Source: Lentisphaerota bacterium
GTDB lineage: Bacteria > Verrucomicrobiota > Kiritimatiellia > CAIQIC01 > JAGNIJ01
Assembly: GCA_052033915.1 (NCBI GenBank)
Contig: JBPOJF010000010.1
Span: 69,566-133,565, forward strand
Length of the DNA stretch: 64,000 nt
Reading direction: 5' to 3'
Shown one piece after another: positions 1 to 9,475 of this stretch. The position numbers were made by a program, and so were the translations under genes. Position 1 is the stretch's first letter. Each line of letters begins with the position of its first letter. Below the pieces are notes generated by a model. It did no database searches, had not been told where the DNA came from, and saw only the letters and a program-made list of their open reading frames with translations.

Positions 1-2
1 CG

Positions 3-398
3 CGGACCCGGGAGCGCGCCACACACGGAAAGTGGACGCTCAAGATCGAGGTGGAGAATCCGGACAACTATCCGGGGATCTTCCTGACCGACAGCGTGCT
101 CGACCTCTCGCGCATGAGACGGTTGTGTTTTGATGCGTATGTGCCCGGTCCGACCCCTCTCCAGATATGGCTTCGGATCGATGACCGGATGGACCCGGTT
201 TACACGGAACGTTTTCAGGACTTCAGGACGCTTTTCCCCGGCACGAACACCCTCTGTGTCGAACGGGCGATCGCCGCATCGACTCCTTCGGGGCGGTCCC
301 TCGACCTGGGCCGTATCCATTCGTGGGGTTTGTTCTTCGATCAGGCAAAACCCGGCGATATCCTCTATATCGATAACGTCCGCGTGTTGTCGAAATAG
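3..398 (+). CDS. 5'-truncated protein; C-terminal carbohydrate-binding-module-like (galactose-binding fold) domain
   Basis: Frame is open from the window edge (RTRERATHGKWTLKIEVENPDNYPGIFL) to the stop at 398; ends with IYIDNV-like ILYIDNVRV typical of CBM-like beta-sandwiches. Confidence 0.5.
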   Translation, partial: RTRERATHGKWTLKIEVENPDNYPGIFLTDSVLDLSRMRRLCFDAYVPGPTPLQIWLRIDDRMDPVYTERFQDFRTLFPGTNTLCVERAIAASTPSGRSLDLGRIHSWGLFFDQAKPGDILYIDNVRVLSK

Positions 399-470
399 CC
401 CGCCGCGTTTCCACGCTTCATTTCCGCCGCCCTGTGGGCTATGATCGCGACCGGGGAAGGAGAAGGTCTT

Positions 471-1166
471 GTGAAACTTTCAATTGTCATTCCCGTTTAT
501 AACGAGGTGCGGACGGTCGACCGGTTGCTCGACATGGTGGTTCGGGTCGATACCGGCCTGGCGACGGAATTGATCGTCGTGGACGACGGTTCAACCGACG
601 GGACGCAGGCGGTTCTCGAACAGGCCCGGAGCCAGTACCCGAACATGGTTCTTCTTCGTCACGAAAAGAATCAGGGCAAAGGCGCGGCCTTGCGGACCGG
701 CTTTTCGGCTGCGACGGGAGATATCATGTTGGTTCAAGATGCCGATCTCGAATATGACCCCAAGGAATATCCCCATCTCCTCCGCCCGATTCTCGACGGG
801 CATGCGGATGTCGTATTCGGCTCGCGATTTCTCGGCGGCGGCGCGCACCGCGTGGTCTTCTACTGGCATTACCTCGGCAACAGGCTGTTGACGATGCTTT
901 CCAATATGATGACCAATCTGAACCTCACCGACATGGAAGTCTGCTACAAGGTCTTCAGAAAAGAGGCGCTCCAGGACATTCGGATTTGCGAGAACCGGTT
1001 CGGCTTCGAGGTCGAAATCACCGCCAAGGTCGCCAGGAAGAAATGCCGCATCTACGAAGTGCCCATCGCGTACTACGGCCGGGAATACGCCGAGGGGAAG
1101 AAAGTCACCTGGAAGGACGGTTTTCGCGCTCTGTGGTGTATCCTGAAGTACCGTTTCGTGGACTGA
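471..1166 (+). CDS. Glycosyltransferase family 2 (DPM1/polyprenol-phosphate mannosyltransferase-like)
   Basis: LSIVIPVYNE, VDDGSTDGT, NQGKGAA and QDADLEYDP motifs; GTG at 471 preferred, ATG at 441 alternative. Confidence 0.9.
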   Translation: MKLSIVIPVYNEVRTVDRLLDMVVRVDTGLATELIVVDDGSTDGTQAVLEQARSQYPNMVLLRHEKNQGKGAALRTGFSAATGDIMLVQDADLEYDPKEYPHLLRPILDGHADVVFGSRFLGGGAHRVVFYWHYLGNRLLTMLSNMMTNLNLTDMEVCYKVFRKEALQDIRICENRFGFEVEITAKVARKKCRIYEVPIAYYGREYAEGKKVTWKDGFRALWCILKYRFVD

Positions 1167-1294
1167 CCGTCTTTGAAGTTGACCCGTTTCAAGCCTTTCT
1201 CTACGCTCTGCGCACGTTCAGGGGCCCTCCATCGAAAGGAAGAGGGCTATTATTTTGGCGAGAAACACCCCATGATTGAAAGCGAGGAATCCGG

Positions 1295-2587
1295 ATGCCC
1301 AACATGGTATTGATCGGCGCCCAGTGGGGCGATGAGGGCAAGGGAAAAATCATCGATGTGCTGACCCGGGAAGTGGACTGGGTGGTCCGCTACCAGGGCG
1401 GAAACAATGCGGGCCACACGGTTGAGATCGGCGATGCCCGCTACATCCTGCACTTGATCCCGTCCGGCATCCTCCATGCCGGCAAGAAATGCGTGATCGG
1501 AAACGGCGTGGTTGTGGATCCTCTTTCACTTCTCAAGGAGTTGGATGAACTCCAGCAGCGCGGTATCCAGCCCGATGGAAGGTTATTCGTCAGCGATCGC
1601 GCGCACATCGTGTTCCCGTTCCACCGCGTGAGCGATGAATACCGCGAACAGGCGCGTTCGCACGGCGAAAAGATCGGCACCACGAAACGCGGCATTGGCC
1701 CTTCGTATGCCGACAAGGCGACGCGCGTCGGCCTGCGCATGGGCGACATGCTGGACCCGGATTTCCCGTCGTTGCTTTCCGCCCACATCCAGGAGCAGAA
1801 CCGCATCCTGGCGGCTCTGGGCGCCCCGCCGATTGCGGAAAAGGATGTCCTAGCTGAATACACCGCCGCGGCAAAGCGGCTGGCCCCCTTCATCGCGGAC
1901 ACGATTTCCGTCCTCAACCGCGGGATCGCCGCCGGCGAATCCGTTCTCTTCGAGGGTGCGCAGGGCACCATGCTGGATATTGATTTCGGCACCTACCCGT
2001 TCGTGACATCGTCCAGCGCGACGGCCGGCGGCGCCTGCACCGGGAGCGGCGTTGCGCCGCACCGGATCGACCGGGTCATCGGCGTGCTCAAAGCCTACAC
2101 AACACGCGTGGGCGAGGGGCCCTTCCCGACGGAGCTGCTGGATGAGACCGGAAAAACGATCCGCGAGACGGGGCATGAGTTCGGAGCCACCACAGGCCGG
2201 CCGCGGCGTTGCGGCTGGTTCGATGCCGTTGTCGCGCGATACTCCGTGATGATCAACGGCATTGATTTCTGGGCAGTCACCAAGATGGATGTCCTGGACT
2301 CGCTGGAGACCATCCGGATCTGCGTTGCCTACGAATGCGGCGGCAAGCGGTACGAAACCGTGCCGGCGAACATCCGGGTTCTTGAAAAGTGCAAGCCCGT
2401 TTACGAGGACTTCAAGGGGTGGAGGGTTTCCACGAAGGATGTCAGCCGGTTCGAAGATCTTCCCGCGCAGGCCAAGGCGTATATCCGCCGGCTGGAGGAA
2501 CTGACGGGAGTCCCGGTCTGGATTCTTTCCGTCGGTCCCCGCCGCGACAGCACGATGAAACTGCCGCTCCGGCGCGAATCGGTGTGA
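1295..2587 (+). CDS. purA: Adenylosuccinate synthetase
   Basis: GAQWGDEGKGK, RYQGGNNAGHT, GTTKRGIGP, EGAQG, TTGRPRRCGW. Confidence 0.98.
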   Translation: MPNMVLIGAQWGDEGKGKIIDVLTREVDWVVRYQGGNNAGHTVEIGDARYILHLIPSGILHAGKKCVIGNGVVVDPLSLLKELDELQQRGIQPDGRLFVSDRAHIVFPFHRVSDEYREQARSHGEKIGTTKRGIGPSYADKATRVGLRMGDMLDPDFPSLLSAHIQEQNRILAALGAPPIAEKDVLAEYTAAAKRLAPFIADTISVLNRGIAAGESVLFEGAQGTMLDIDFGTYPFVTSSSATAGGACTGSGVAPHRIDRVIGVLKAYTTRVGEGPFPTELLDETGKTIRETGHEFGATTGRPRRCGWFDAVVARYSVMINGIDFWAVTKMDVLDSLETIRICVAYECGGKRYETVPANIRVLEKCKPVYEDFKGWRVSTKDVSRFEDLPAQAKAYIRRLEELTGVPVWILSVGPRRDSTMKLPLRRESV

Positions 2588-2594
2588 TGACGCC

Positions 2595-3311
2595 ATGAAG
2601 ACTGCGAATGCCAGAGTTCCCCGGCATGTGGCCATCATCATGGACGGCAACGGCCGCTGGGCCCAGCGCCGCGGGCTGCCGCGCATACGCGGGCACCAGA
2701 CGGGCACCGAGTCGGTGCGCGCGATTGTGCGTGCCTGCAAAAAAGCAGGGATCAAGTACCTCACGCTTTACGCGTTCAGCGTCGAAAACTGGGTGCGCCC
2801 GAAGACCGAGATCCGCGGCCTAATGCGGATCCTGAAGCATTTCCTGACGAAAGAGGAAAACGAACTCCATGAAAACCAGGTGCGGCTGCGCGTCATCGGC
2901 CGCCTTCACGATCTTCCCCCGGATATCCAGGTCGAACTGAAACGGGTGATGAAGGCGACGGAACACTATACGGGCGGCCAGTTGATCCTTGCCCTGAGCT
3001 ACGGCGGACGCGCGGAGATCGTGGACGCGGTCCGCTCGATTGCCCGGAAAGTAAAAAAAGGGGCTGTCTCGCCTGAAGCCATTGATGACCGGGTGATCGC
3101 GGAGCACCTCTACGCGCCGGATGTTCCGGATCCGGATCTGATGATTCGCACCAGCGGCGAGTTGAGGATCAGCAATTTCCTTTTGTGGCAGCTGTCGTAC
3201 AGCGAGTTCTACGTGACCGATGTTCTTTGGCCGGACTTCCGCGAGGCGGAGTTCGAGAAGGCCCTGGAAGCGTACAGCCGCCGTCACCGCCGTTTTGGAG
3301 ATATCAAGTAA
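2595..3311 (+). CDS. uppS: Isoprenyl transferase (undecaprenyl diphosphate synthase)
   Basis: HVAIIMDGNGRWA, YAFSVENW, RTSGELRISNFLLWQ. Confidence 0.97.
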   Translation: MKTANARVPRHVAIIMDGNGRWAQRRGLPRIRGHQTGTESVRAIVRACKKAGIKYLTLYAFSVENWVRPKTEIRGLMRILKHFLTKEENELHENQVRLRVIGRLHDLPPDIQVELKRVMKATEHYTGGQLILALSYGGRAEIVDAVRSIARKVKKGAVSPEAIDDRVIAEHLYAPDVPDPDLMIRTSGELRISNFLLWQLSYSEFYVTDVLWPDFREAEFEKALEAYSRRHRRFGDIK

Positions 3312-4157
3312 ATGCTTGCGATGCTGAAAGACAGGGTTTTGGGCGGGACGCTGGTCGGCGTTGCCTTCATCGCCGCCGCGCTGTGGGCCCCCTTGGGCGG
3401 TTTGCTGGCCATCCTCCTGGCCGTCTGTGCGCTGGCCATGATCGAATTCTACTCTCTGCTTGAGGCGGCGCGGATTCCCCACTTCAAGTACTTCGGCATC
3501 TCCAGCGGCCTTCTGCTCATTCTCTCCGCATGGGATCCCCTGTGGCGAACGGTTCACATTGAAGACCTTGAATGGATTATGATGTGCGGGATTACGATTG
3601 CCGTCTTTCTCCGGCAATTTCCTCAGAAGAACAACTCCCAGCCTTTGGAAACGATCGCGGGCACATTGATGGGGGTGATCTCCATCGCGTTTCTTCTCAG
3701 TTTCTTTGCAAAGCTTCTCCTCGTGTGGGGGGACAAAAGCGGGAGACTCCTGGTCCTGTACCTGGTTTGTGTGGTCAAATTCTCCGACATGGGCGCGTAT
3801 TTCATCGGCTGTTCGTTCGGCCGCCACAAGCTGATACCCCGGATCTCGCCGGCCAAGACATGGGAAGGCTTTTTCGGCGGCTTGCTCTCGTCGGTGGGGG
3901 TCAGCGTGCTGTTTCTCCTGCTGGCCCGCGACCGCATGCAGAATCTGGCCTTCCATCTCTCCGATGCGCTCATTCTCGGCGTGCTGTTGGGCGTCATCGG
4001 AACCGTCAGCGACCTGGCCGAGTCGCTGTTCAAACGCGGAGTCGGCGTGAAGGACTCCGGCCGGATGATCCTCGGAATGGGCGGCATTCTCGATGTCATT
4101 GATAGCTTGCTCTTCTCCGCCCCCGCGCTGTATGTCTATGCGCGTTTCTTCCTGTAA
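3312..4157 (+). CDS. cdsA: Phosphatidate cytidylyltransferase
   Basis: Multi-TM; SDMGAYFIG, ISPAKTWEG, DLAESLFKR..GVKDSG, GGILDVIDS. Confidence 0.95.
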   Translation: MLAMLKDRVLGGTLVGVAFIAAALWAPLGGLLAILLAVCALAMIEFYSLLEAARIPHFKYFGISSGLLLILSAWDPLWRTVHIEDLEWIMMCGITIAVFLRQFPQKNNSQPLETIAGTLMGVISIAFLLSFFAKLLLVWGDKSGRLLVLYLVCVVKFSDMGAYFIGCSFGRHKLIPRISPAKTWEGFFGGLLSSVGVSVLFLLLARDRMQNLAFHLSDALILGVLLGVIGTVSDLAESLFKRGVGVKDSGRMILGMGGILDVIDSLLFSAPALYVYARFFL

Positions 4158-4189
4158 CGGGGTTGCCCGGGTTCGTTGAGGTGCTCGAC

Positions 4190-5581
4190 ATGCTGACTCT
4201 ATACACGATGGTGGTCATTCTTCTGCTGTTCGGCGCGACGATTTTTGTGCACGAACTCGGCCATTTCCTCGTCGCGCGTTGGTGCGGCATGGTGGTGGAA
4301 GTCTTCTCGATCGGGTTCGGGCCGGCGATCTGGAAGACGAAGCGAAACGGGGTGATCTACAAGATCGGGATCATCCCGTTCGGCGGTTACGTGGCCCTGC
4401 CGCAGATGGATCCGTCAGGGCCGGGCGACAAGGCTGCTGAGGAAAAGAAAAAGGTTCTTCCCCGGATCCCCCCCTGGAAGAAGATCCTGGTCGCGTTGTC
4501 CGGCGTCACCGGCAACATGATCTTCGCTGTGCTGCTCGCGTACATCGTATTCTGGGTCGGCAAACCTTCCGCGCCCCACGAGAGGAACTGCATTGTCGGT
4601 TCCGTGAGCGCCCACAGCGCCGCCTATGCGCAGGGCTTGCGGGTTGGCGACGAGATCACGGCTGTCGACGCGGAGCCCGTCCGCAACTGGGATGATCTGG
4701 CTCTCGCGTGCGCGCTCCGTGAGTCTGTCAGGTTGACCGCCCGATTCGATGGCGGGTCGAAATCGATTGTGGTGCCCACCGAGAAGAACGTGATTGGCGT
4801 GCGCACGGTAGGCGGGATCGGCTGGATGAACTTCTGCTCCGTGGCGAGCGTTGTGGCGGGTTCGAGCGCGGAACGCGCCGGGATCAAGGCGGGCGATACG
4901 ATCTTGTCGCTCGACGGCATCAAGCTGTACAGCCGCGAACACATGATCCAACAGGTGAATGAAGCGGGGGAGCGCGAACTGCGAGCCGTGATCCGCCGCG
5001 GGGGCGAGGAAAAGGAAGTGATGGTGAAGCCTGTGTACGATGAGCAGGCCCGGCGCGCGCTGATCGGGGTGGTGTTCAACACAATGGATTTCGATTACGA
5101 CAGGGCCGTGCATCCCCGGCCCGGCGCGCAGATTCGGGACTCTGCCACGATGATTTTCCGCCTGTTGCGCGCGCTGGGCACGCCGCGCGAGGCCAAGGCC
5201 GCTTCCCAGGCCGTCGGAGGGCCGGTGGCCATTCTCGTGATGTACTGGTGGACCGTGCAAAGCAGCTTCATGCTGGCCCTGTGGTTTACCATGATGCTGA
5301 ACGTCAACCTGGCCATCATCAACCTGCTTCCCATCCCGGTCGTGGACGGCGGGCACATCCTCTTTTCCCTGTGGGAACTGATCACGCGCCGCCCGCTCAG
5401 CGCAAAGTTCGTCAATCTGGTCATGAATGCCTTTGCCGGCCTTCTCATTCTCGTTTTTCTGCTGCTGACCTACCGTGACTTCGCGCGGATGATTGTCCCC
5501 CTGTTCTTCCGGGGCCCCGCTCCGGCCGTTGAACAGGCCGCGACGAACGCGACCCCCGTCGAAGCGCAGCCGTTGAAGTAG
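4190..5581 (+). CDS. rseP: RIP metalloprotease RseP with two PDZ domains
   Basis: FVHELGH (HExxH), FSIGFG, GGYV, NLLPIPVVDGGH; ATG 4190 follows GAGGTG. Confidence 0.95.
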   Translation: MLTLYTMVVILLLFGATIFVHELGHFLVARWCGMVVEVFSIGFGPAIWKTKRNGVIYKIGIIPFGGYVALPQMDPSGPGDKAAEEKKKVLPRIPPWKKILVALSGVTGNMIFAVLLAYIVFWVGKPSAPHERNCIVGSVSAHSAAYAQGLRVGDEITAVDAEPVRNWDDLALACALRESVRLTARFDGGSKSIVVPTEKNVIGVRTVGGIGWMNFCSVASVVAGSSAERAGIKAGDTILSLDGIKLYSREHMIQQVNEAGERELRAVIRRGGEEKEVMVKPVYDEQARRALIGVVFNTMDFDYDRAVHPRPGAQIRDSATMIFRLLRALGTPREAKAASQAVGGPVAILVMYWWTVQSSFMLALWFTMMLNVNLAIINLLPIPVVDGGHILFSLWELITRRPLSAKFVNLVMNAFAGLLILVFLLLTYRDFARMIVPLFFRGPAPAVEQAATNATPVEAQPLK

Positions 5582-5591
5582 AGGAGGGCAT

Positions 5592-6011
5592 ATGCCGAGA
5601 GGCTATCCAAAGTTCCTGCGCGAGGATCGCGTGGCGGTTCCCCGATGGGTGGTTCTCCTTGTGGTCTGGGGCGGTGTCCTGTGGATCGGCCTGAAGATCC
5701 TGATTCCGCCCAGTTGGGTCGTTCAACAGCTTGATTCGCCGGACGGCAAACGATCCGCCCGCCTGTTGAGGGCGCGGCATGTTCGCGAGAATTTCGTCGT
5801 GCGCGTCCAGGACGGCGCGCTGTGGAAAACAGCCTACCTGTCCCCGACGATCACTAATGATCTGCGCGTGGATCTTGGCGAGCGGCTGTTCTGGAGCGCC
5901 GACTCGTCCCGCGTGCTCTTCCGTCTGAACGACAAAGCCGTGTGGGGCTACGATTTCACCCTCGGCCGCGACCTGCGCCGGGATGAACTGGCCGCCGCCT
6001 CTGACCGCTGA
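5592..6011 (+). CDS. Hypothetical membrane-anchored protein
   Basis: GAGG RBS right after rseP; one N-terminal hydrophobic segment; SPDG and WSADS turns. Confidence 0.6.
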   Translation: MPRGYPKFLREDRVAVPRWVVLLVVWGGVLWIGLKILIPPSWVVQQLDSPDGKRSARLLRARHVRENFVVRVQDGALWKTAYLSPTITNDLRVDLGERLFWSADSSRVLFRLNDKAVWGYDFTLGRDLRRDELAAASDR

Positions 6012-6034
6012 CCTCGGACTTCTGTCCTCTGCGC

Positions 6035-7732
6035 TTACGGAGCCTTCTGCAGAATCGCCGCGCCGCCCATCTCGCCCAGGTTCGCTTTTTCCAGGTCGGT
6101 CCACAGCGTGCCGGGCCCGGCGTGGAGGATGTTCACGTTCACGTCGGAGTTCAGGTTGGTCGCGAAGCTCCAGAGGTTGTAGGCAACCGGGTCGCCGAAA
6201 GCCTTGATGCGAAGCTGGTAGCCCCTCGATCGCTCGCCGTCGACGAGTTTCACCCTGTCCGCTTCGGCCTTGCCCAGCTTGGTGATTTTTTCCGCGTGGA
6301 CCTCGGCGGTTTGCCTGCCGATTTCCGAGACCTTCTTGAGCGCTTCCGCGCCGATCTCGGCGACTTGTTTTTGCTGGTCGGCCTTGATCTCGGCCTTGAT
6401 CTTCTCCGTCTCCTGGGCCACCTGCTCGCGCTTCTGGGCAATCAGGCTGATCTCGGTGTTCAGTTCCGCGAGCTTCTTCGCGGTGTTCTGCTTCTCCTTG
6501 TTCGTCAGGTCCTGTTCCTGGGCGATGCTGGCCTGCTGGATCGGATCGAGAATCTGCATCGGCACATTCACATGCCGGATGAGCGCGTTGTGAATGATAA
6601 TGTTTCGTTCCGCCAGCGTCTTGGCCAGCGCCTCCGTCAGGTCGTTCTGGAACTTCTCGCGGCCTTCGCCCACGATGAAATCGCGGGCGCCGTAGGCCGA
6701 GCCTTTGAGCCGGGAGATCGAGAGGATCTGGGGCATGATGATCTTGTCGACCGCCGCCGGCAGGTCGCCGTAGCTCCGGAAAATCCAGGCGATCTTCTCC
6801 GGCAGCAGTTCGAGTTCGACCGTCATGTCCAGGCTGATCTCAAAGCCGTCGCGGGACGGGAACTCCACGAACTGATTCAGCACGAATGTCGCTCCTTCCG
6901 GGGCCGCCTGAGGCGCCCGGACGGAAGACTCTTCCCTCGGGGCGTTTCGCATTCTGGAAAGTCCGATGGCCTGTTGCAGCATGGACCGGCTGTCCGACAG
7001 GTAGTCCGCGCGTTTCACCTTTTGCTCCATGAGGACTTTGCTCTGCAATTCGTCCATCGCGCGATTCTGGGTCACGATCTGGCCCTTCGTGATGACCGCC
7101 GCGCCGCCCTTCCCGAGCAGCGAGACCTGATTCACGCCGATTTCGAGCACATCCACCTTGAACTCGCGCGGGTTGACGTAATAAAGCCCAGGCTGGAGAA
7201 CGTCGGCCAGGATGCCCTTCTGCTTGGGCGTGGCGAACCGGCCTTCGGGCGCCTGATCGCCGGACAGGGAAGTGACCACCCCGATGTATCCGACCGGGAT
7301 GCTGATGGCGTCGAGAATGTCGATCGTGTAGCCGAACGGATTCAGGCGGTACTTGCCCGGCCCGAGCACGTTTCTCCAGATTCCCTTCTGACCGACTTCC
7401 GCGAGGAATTCCCCCTCCGGAAGCTCCTTTCCGACCTTGGACGTGATGACGCCGACTTTCCCCGGCGTGATGATCGTGACCGGCAGGATCGTGCGCTCAT
7501 ACATGATCGGGTTCAGGAAATGGCGCCCTTCGCCGAGGACTTCTTCCTGCACGCCTTTCTGCCCCTTCCGGGCGAGAATCTGGCCCGGCGGAAGCGGATC
7601 GCCGTCCTTGGCGGTGATTACAGCCATTTCGTTGGGATCGATGTAGAAGCGGCAGAACCCCCACTGCCACAGAAGCCAGATTCCGACGATGATCAGGACG
7701 AGGGTCGTGGTGAAACCGATGGCGCTTTTCAT
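6035..7732 (-). CDS. SPFH/Band-7 domain protein (paralog B) with three N-terminal repeats and C-terminal coiled coil
   Basis: True start is MKSAIGF at 7732, overlapping the paralog A stop by 4 nt; TM helix; FPSRDGFEISLDMTVE and LIRHVNVP SPFH motifs; charged helical tail. Confidence 0.85.
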   Translation of the reverse strand: MKSAIGFTTTLVLIIVGIWLLWQWGFCRFYIDPNEMAVITAKDGDPLPPGQILARKGQKGVQEEVLGEGRHFLNPIMYERTILPVTIITPGKVGVITSKVGKELPEGEFLAEVGQKGIWRNVLGPGKYRLNPFGYTIDILDAISIPVGYIGVVTSLSGDQAPEGRFATPKQKGILADVLQPGLYYVNPREFKVDVLEIGVNQVSLLGKGGAAVITKGQIVTQNRAMDELQSKVLMEQKVKRADYLSDSRSMLQQAIGLSRMRNAPREESSVRAPQAAPEGATFVLNQFVEFPSRDGFEISLDMTVELELLPEKIAWIFRSYGDLPAAVDKIIMPQILSISRLKGSAYGARDFIVGEGREKFQNDLTEALAKTLAERNIIIHNALIRHVNVPMQILDPIQQASIAQEQDLTNKEKQNTAKKLAELNTEISLIAQKREQVAQETEKIKAEIKADQQKQVAEIGAEALKKVSEIGRQTAEVHAEKITKLGKAEADRVKLVDGERSRGYQLRIKAFGDPVAYNLWSFATNLNSDVNVNILHAGPGTLWTDLEKANLGEMGGAAILQKAP

Positions 7733-9267
7733 TGGGCCACCCCCTTTCCGGACGGGAGATAGGGCAGGAAGATGCCGCCCAGTCCGTCCGCCTGATCGCT
7801 GGTCAGGATGCTTGAAATCCGAGGCCCCAGCTTCTGATAGAAGGTGTGCCTCGCCATATTCATGCCGGTGCCGAAGGCCTGCACGGCGCTGCCCAGGACC
7901 GCCGCATGAGCTTCGTTGTTCATCTGGATCACCGAGCGATCGGCGTTGGCCTTCAGGAGGATCGACTGCGCCTGGAAGTCCGCCGCCTCGTTCTCCAGCC
8001 GGGCGACTCCGAGTTCCTGGTTCGCCGCCGTGACGCGCACAGCCTGGCTCTGCCGGGCCGCGATGACGGCGCGGATACGCGCCGTATCCGCTTCCACTTT
8101 CTCCTTGTTCTGCTGCGCCAGCATTTCCTGCCTGGTCAGCTCGGCCATGGACTTGGCCTGTTCGATCTGCTGCCCGTACTTCTTCGCCGTCTGCACCGCC
8201 ACCTCGCGGTCGCGGATGATGCTGGCGATCTCGTCCGGCGGCGTGATATTCCGGATCAGCACGGATTTGATCGCCACCCCCCAACTGCCGCATTGATTCT
8301 TCAGGTGGCCCTGGAGGTTGTCCTGGAACTTCTGCCGTGTGTCGCCCATGATGTAATTCTTCGCCGGGTTCTTGCTTCCCTCGAGCCGGCTGAATCCGCG
8401 CGCCGCCGGCAGGATGATTTTCTTCAACACGTCGTCCATTTCGCCCACCTGGTGGGTGAGCAGGGCGGCCTTGTCTCTCATCAACGCGAACTCGATCGTG
8501 CCCTCGACGTGGACGGTGAAGCCGTCCAGCGTCAGAAAATTGATCGCGTCTTCCCCGCTCATCTCGAAGCGCTGGCTTTGCAGGTTCACCTCGGCCACGT
8601 TGACCATGTAGGGATTGAGATAGTAGGTGCCGGGATCGAGAACCTCGGGAAGGACGCCCTTCATGCCTTTCTGCACGAGGAACGTGTTGCGGGCATCCGC
8701 GGGAATGTCGTTGTTCAGGATGTCCATGCCGACCAGCGAAGTGACCACGCCGACGTAGCCGGGCCGGATGGTGATCGCGTCAAACACGTCGACGCGATAG
8801 GCGAAGGGATTGATGCGGTATTTGCCCGGCCGCAGGACCTCCGCGAGAATTCCCTTGGTGCCCTCGGAGGCGATGATTCCGCCCGGCGGGAGGTCCTTTC
8901 CGAAAAGCCGGGTTTGAACGCCGAGTTGGCCGGCGGGAATGTCCGTGATGTGCGCGTACAGCCAGCCCCAGGAGTAGGGATTCCGGAAGTAGCGGCCTTC
9001 CGGAAGGACATCGAGTTGAATTCCCTTCTGATCCGCCTCGGCCAGGATCTGTCCGGACGGCAGGTTCTTGCCGGTCTTGTGGATCAGGATGGCGATTTCG
9101 CCGGGACCCGGTTCAATCCGGCAGAAAAACCATATCCACATCGGCAGGATCAGGATCACGATGAATACGGCGATCAGGCCGTATGCGGAGCCTGGAATTC
9201 GCGGACCGGGGCGGGATGAGCGGGGTGGAACGGGCGGCGGCATTCCTGAAAGCGCGCTGTGGTTCAT
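7729..9267 (-). CDS. SPFH/Band-7 domain protein (paralog A) with three N-terminal repeats and C-terminal coiled coil
   Basis: ATG 9267 preceded by GGAGGTG; TM helix; FLTLDGFTVHVEGTIE and VLIRNITPP; coiled-coil tail. Confidence 0.85.
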   Translation of the reverse strand: MNHSALSGMPPPVPPRSSRPGPRIPGSAYGLIAVFIVILILPMWIWFFCRIEPGPGEIAILIHKTGKNLPSGQILAEADQKGIQLDVLPEGRYFRNPYSWGWLYAHITDIPAGQLGVQTRLFGKDLPPGGIIASEGTKGILAEVLRPGKYRINPFAYRVDVFDAITIRPGYVGVVTSLVGMDILNNDIPADARNTFLVQKGMKGVLPEVLDPGTYYLNPYMVNVAEVNLQSQRFEMSGEDAINFLTLDGFTVHVEGTIEFALMRDKAALLTHQVGEMDDVLKKIILPAARGFSRLEGSKNPAKNYIMGDTRQKFQDNLQGHLKNQCGSWGVAIKSVLIRNITPPDEIASIIRDREVAVQTAKKYGQQIEQAKSMAELTRQEMLAQQNKEKVEADTARIRAVIAARQSQAVRVTAANQELGVARLENEAADFQAQSILLKANADRSVIQMNNEAHAAVLGSAVQAFGTGMNMARHTFYQKLGPRISSILTSDQADGLGGIFLPYLPSGKGVAQ

Positions 9268-9427
9268 GTTCACCTCCAAGGTTGACTCCGGCATTCTAGC
9301 GGTTCCCCGCCGCGCTTCAAGCGGATAGGCGAGAGACGGAATCTTTTCCCGCGTCCCGTCTTGATCGGGATCTTTTGCGTCCCCGGCAGCGGCGGAATAT
9401 CCAAGCTTAAGAAAAAAGGCTTGCGAT

Positions 9428-9446
9428 TTTTCCAAGGTCTGGAAAA
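9428..9446. promoter_or_regulatory. Candidate operator TTTTCCA-N5-TGGAAAA upstream of the GH13 gene
   Basis: Perfect 7-bp inverted repeat ending 30 nt before ATG 9476, in a divergent intergenic region. Confidence 0.35.
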
Positions 9447-9475
9447 GTGGCGCCGTTTTTCCCAGGCTTCGGACA

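Noticed and set aside
1167-1294. Hairpins (ttgaa..ttcaa; gccctc..gagggc) upstream of purA as a possible purine or c-di-GMP riboswitch
   Set aside because: No recognisable aptamer consensus by eye; an Infernal/Rfam scan would be needed
6122-9219. Long plus-strand ORFs (546 and 457 aa) opposite the SPFH genes; similar long antisense ORFs opposite ptsI, polX, ftsH, lacI and GH35
   Set aside because: Shadow ORFs expected from high-GC codon bias on the coding strand; no motifs or RBS, and fully overlapping well-supported genes
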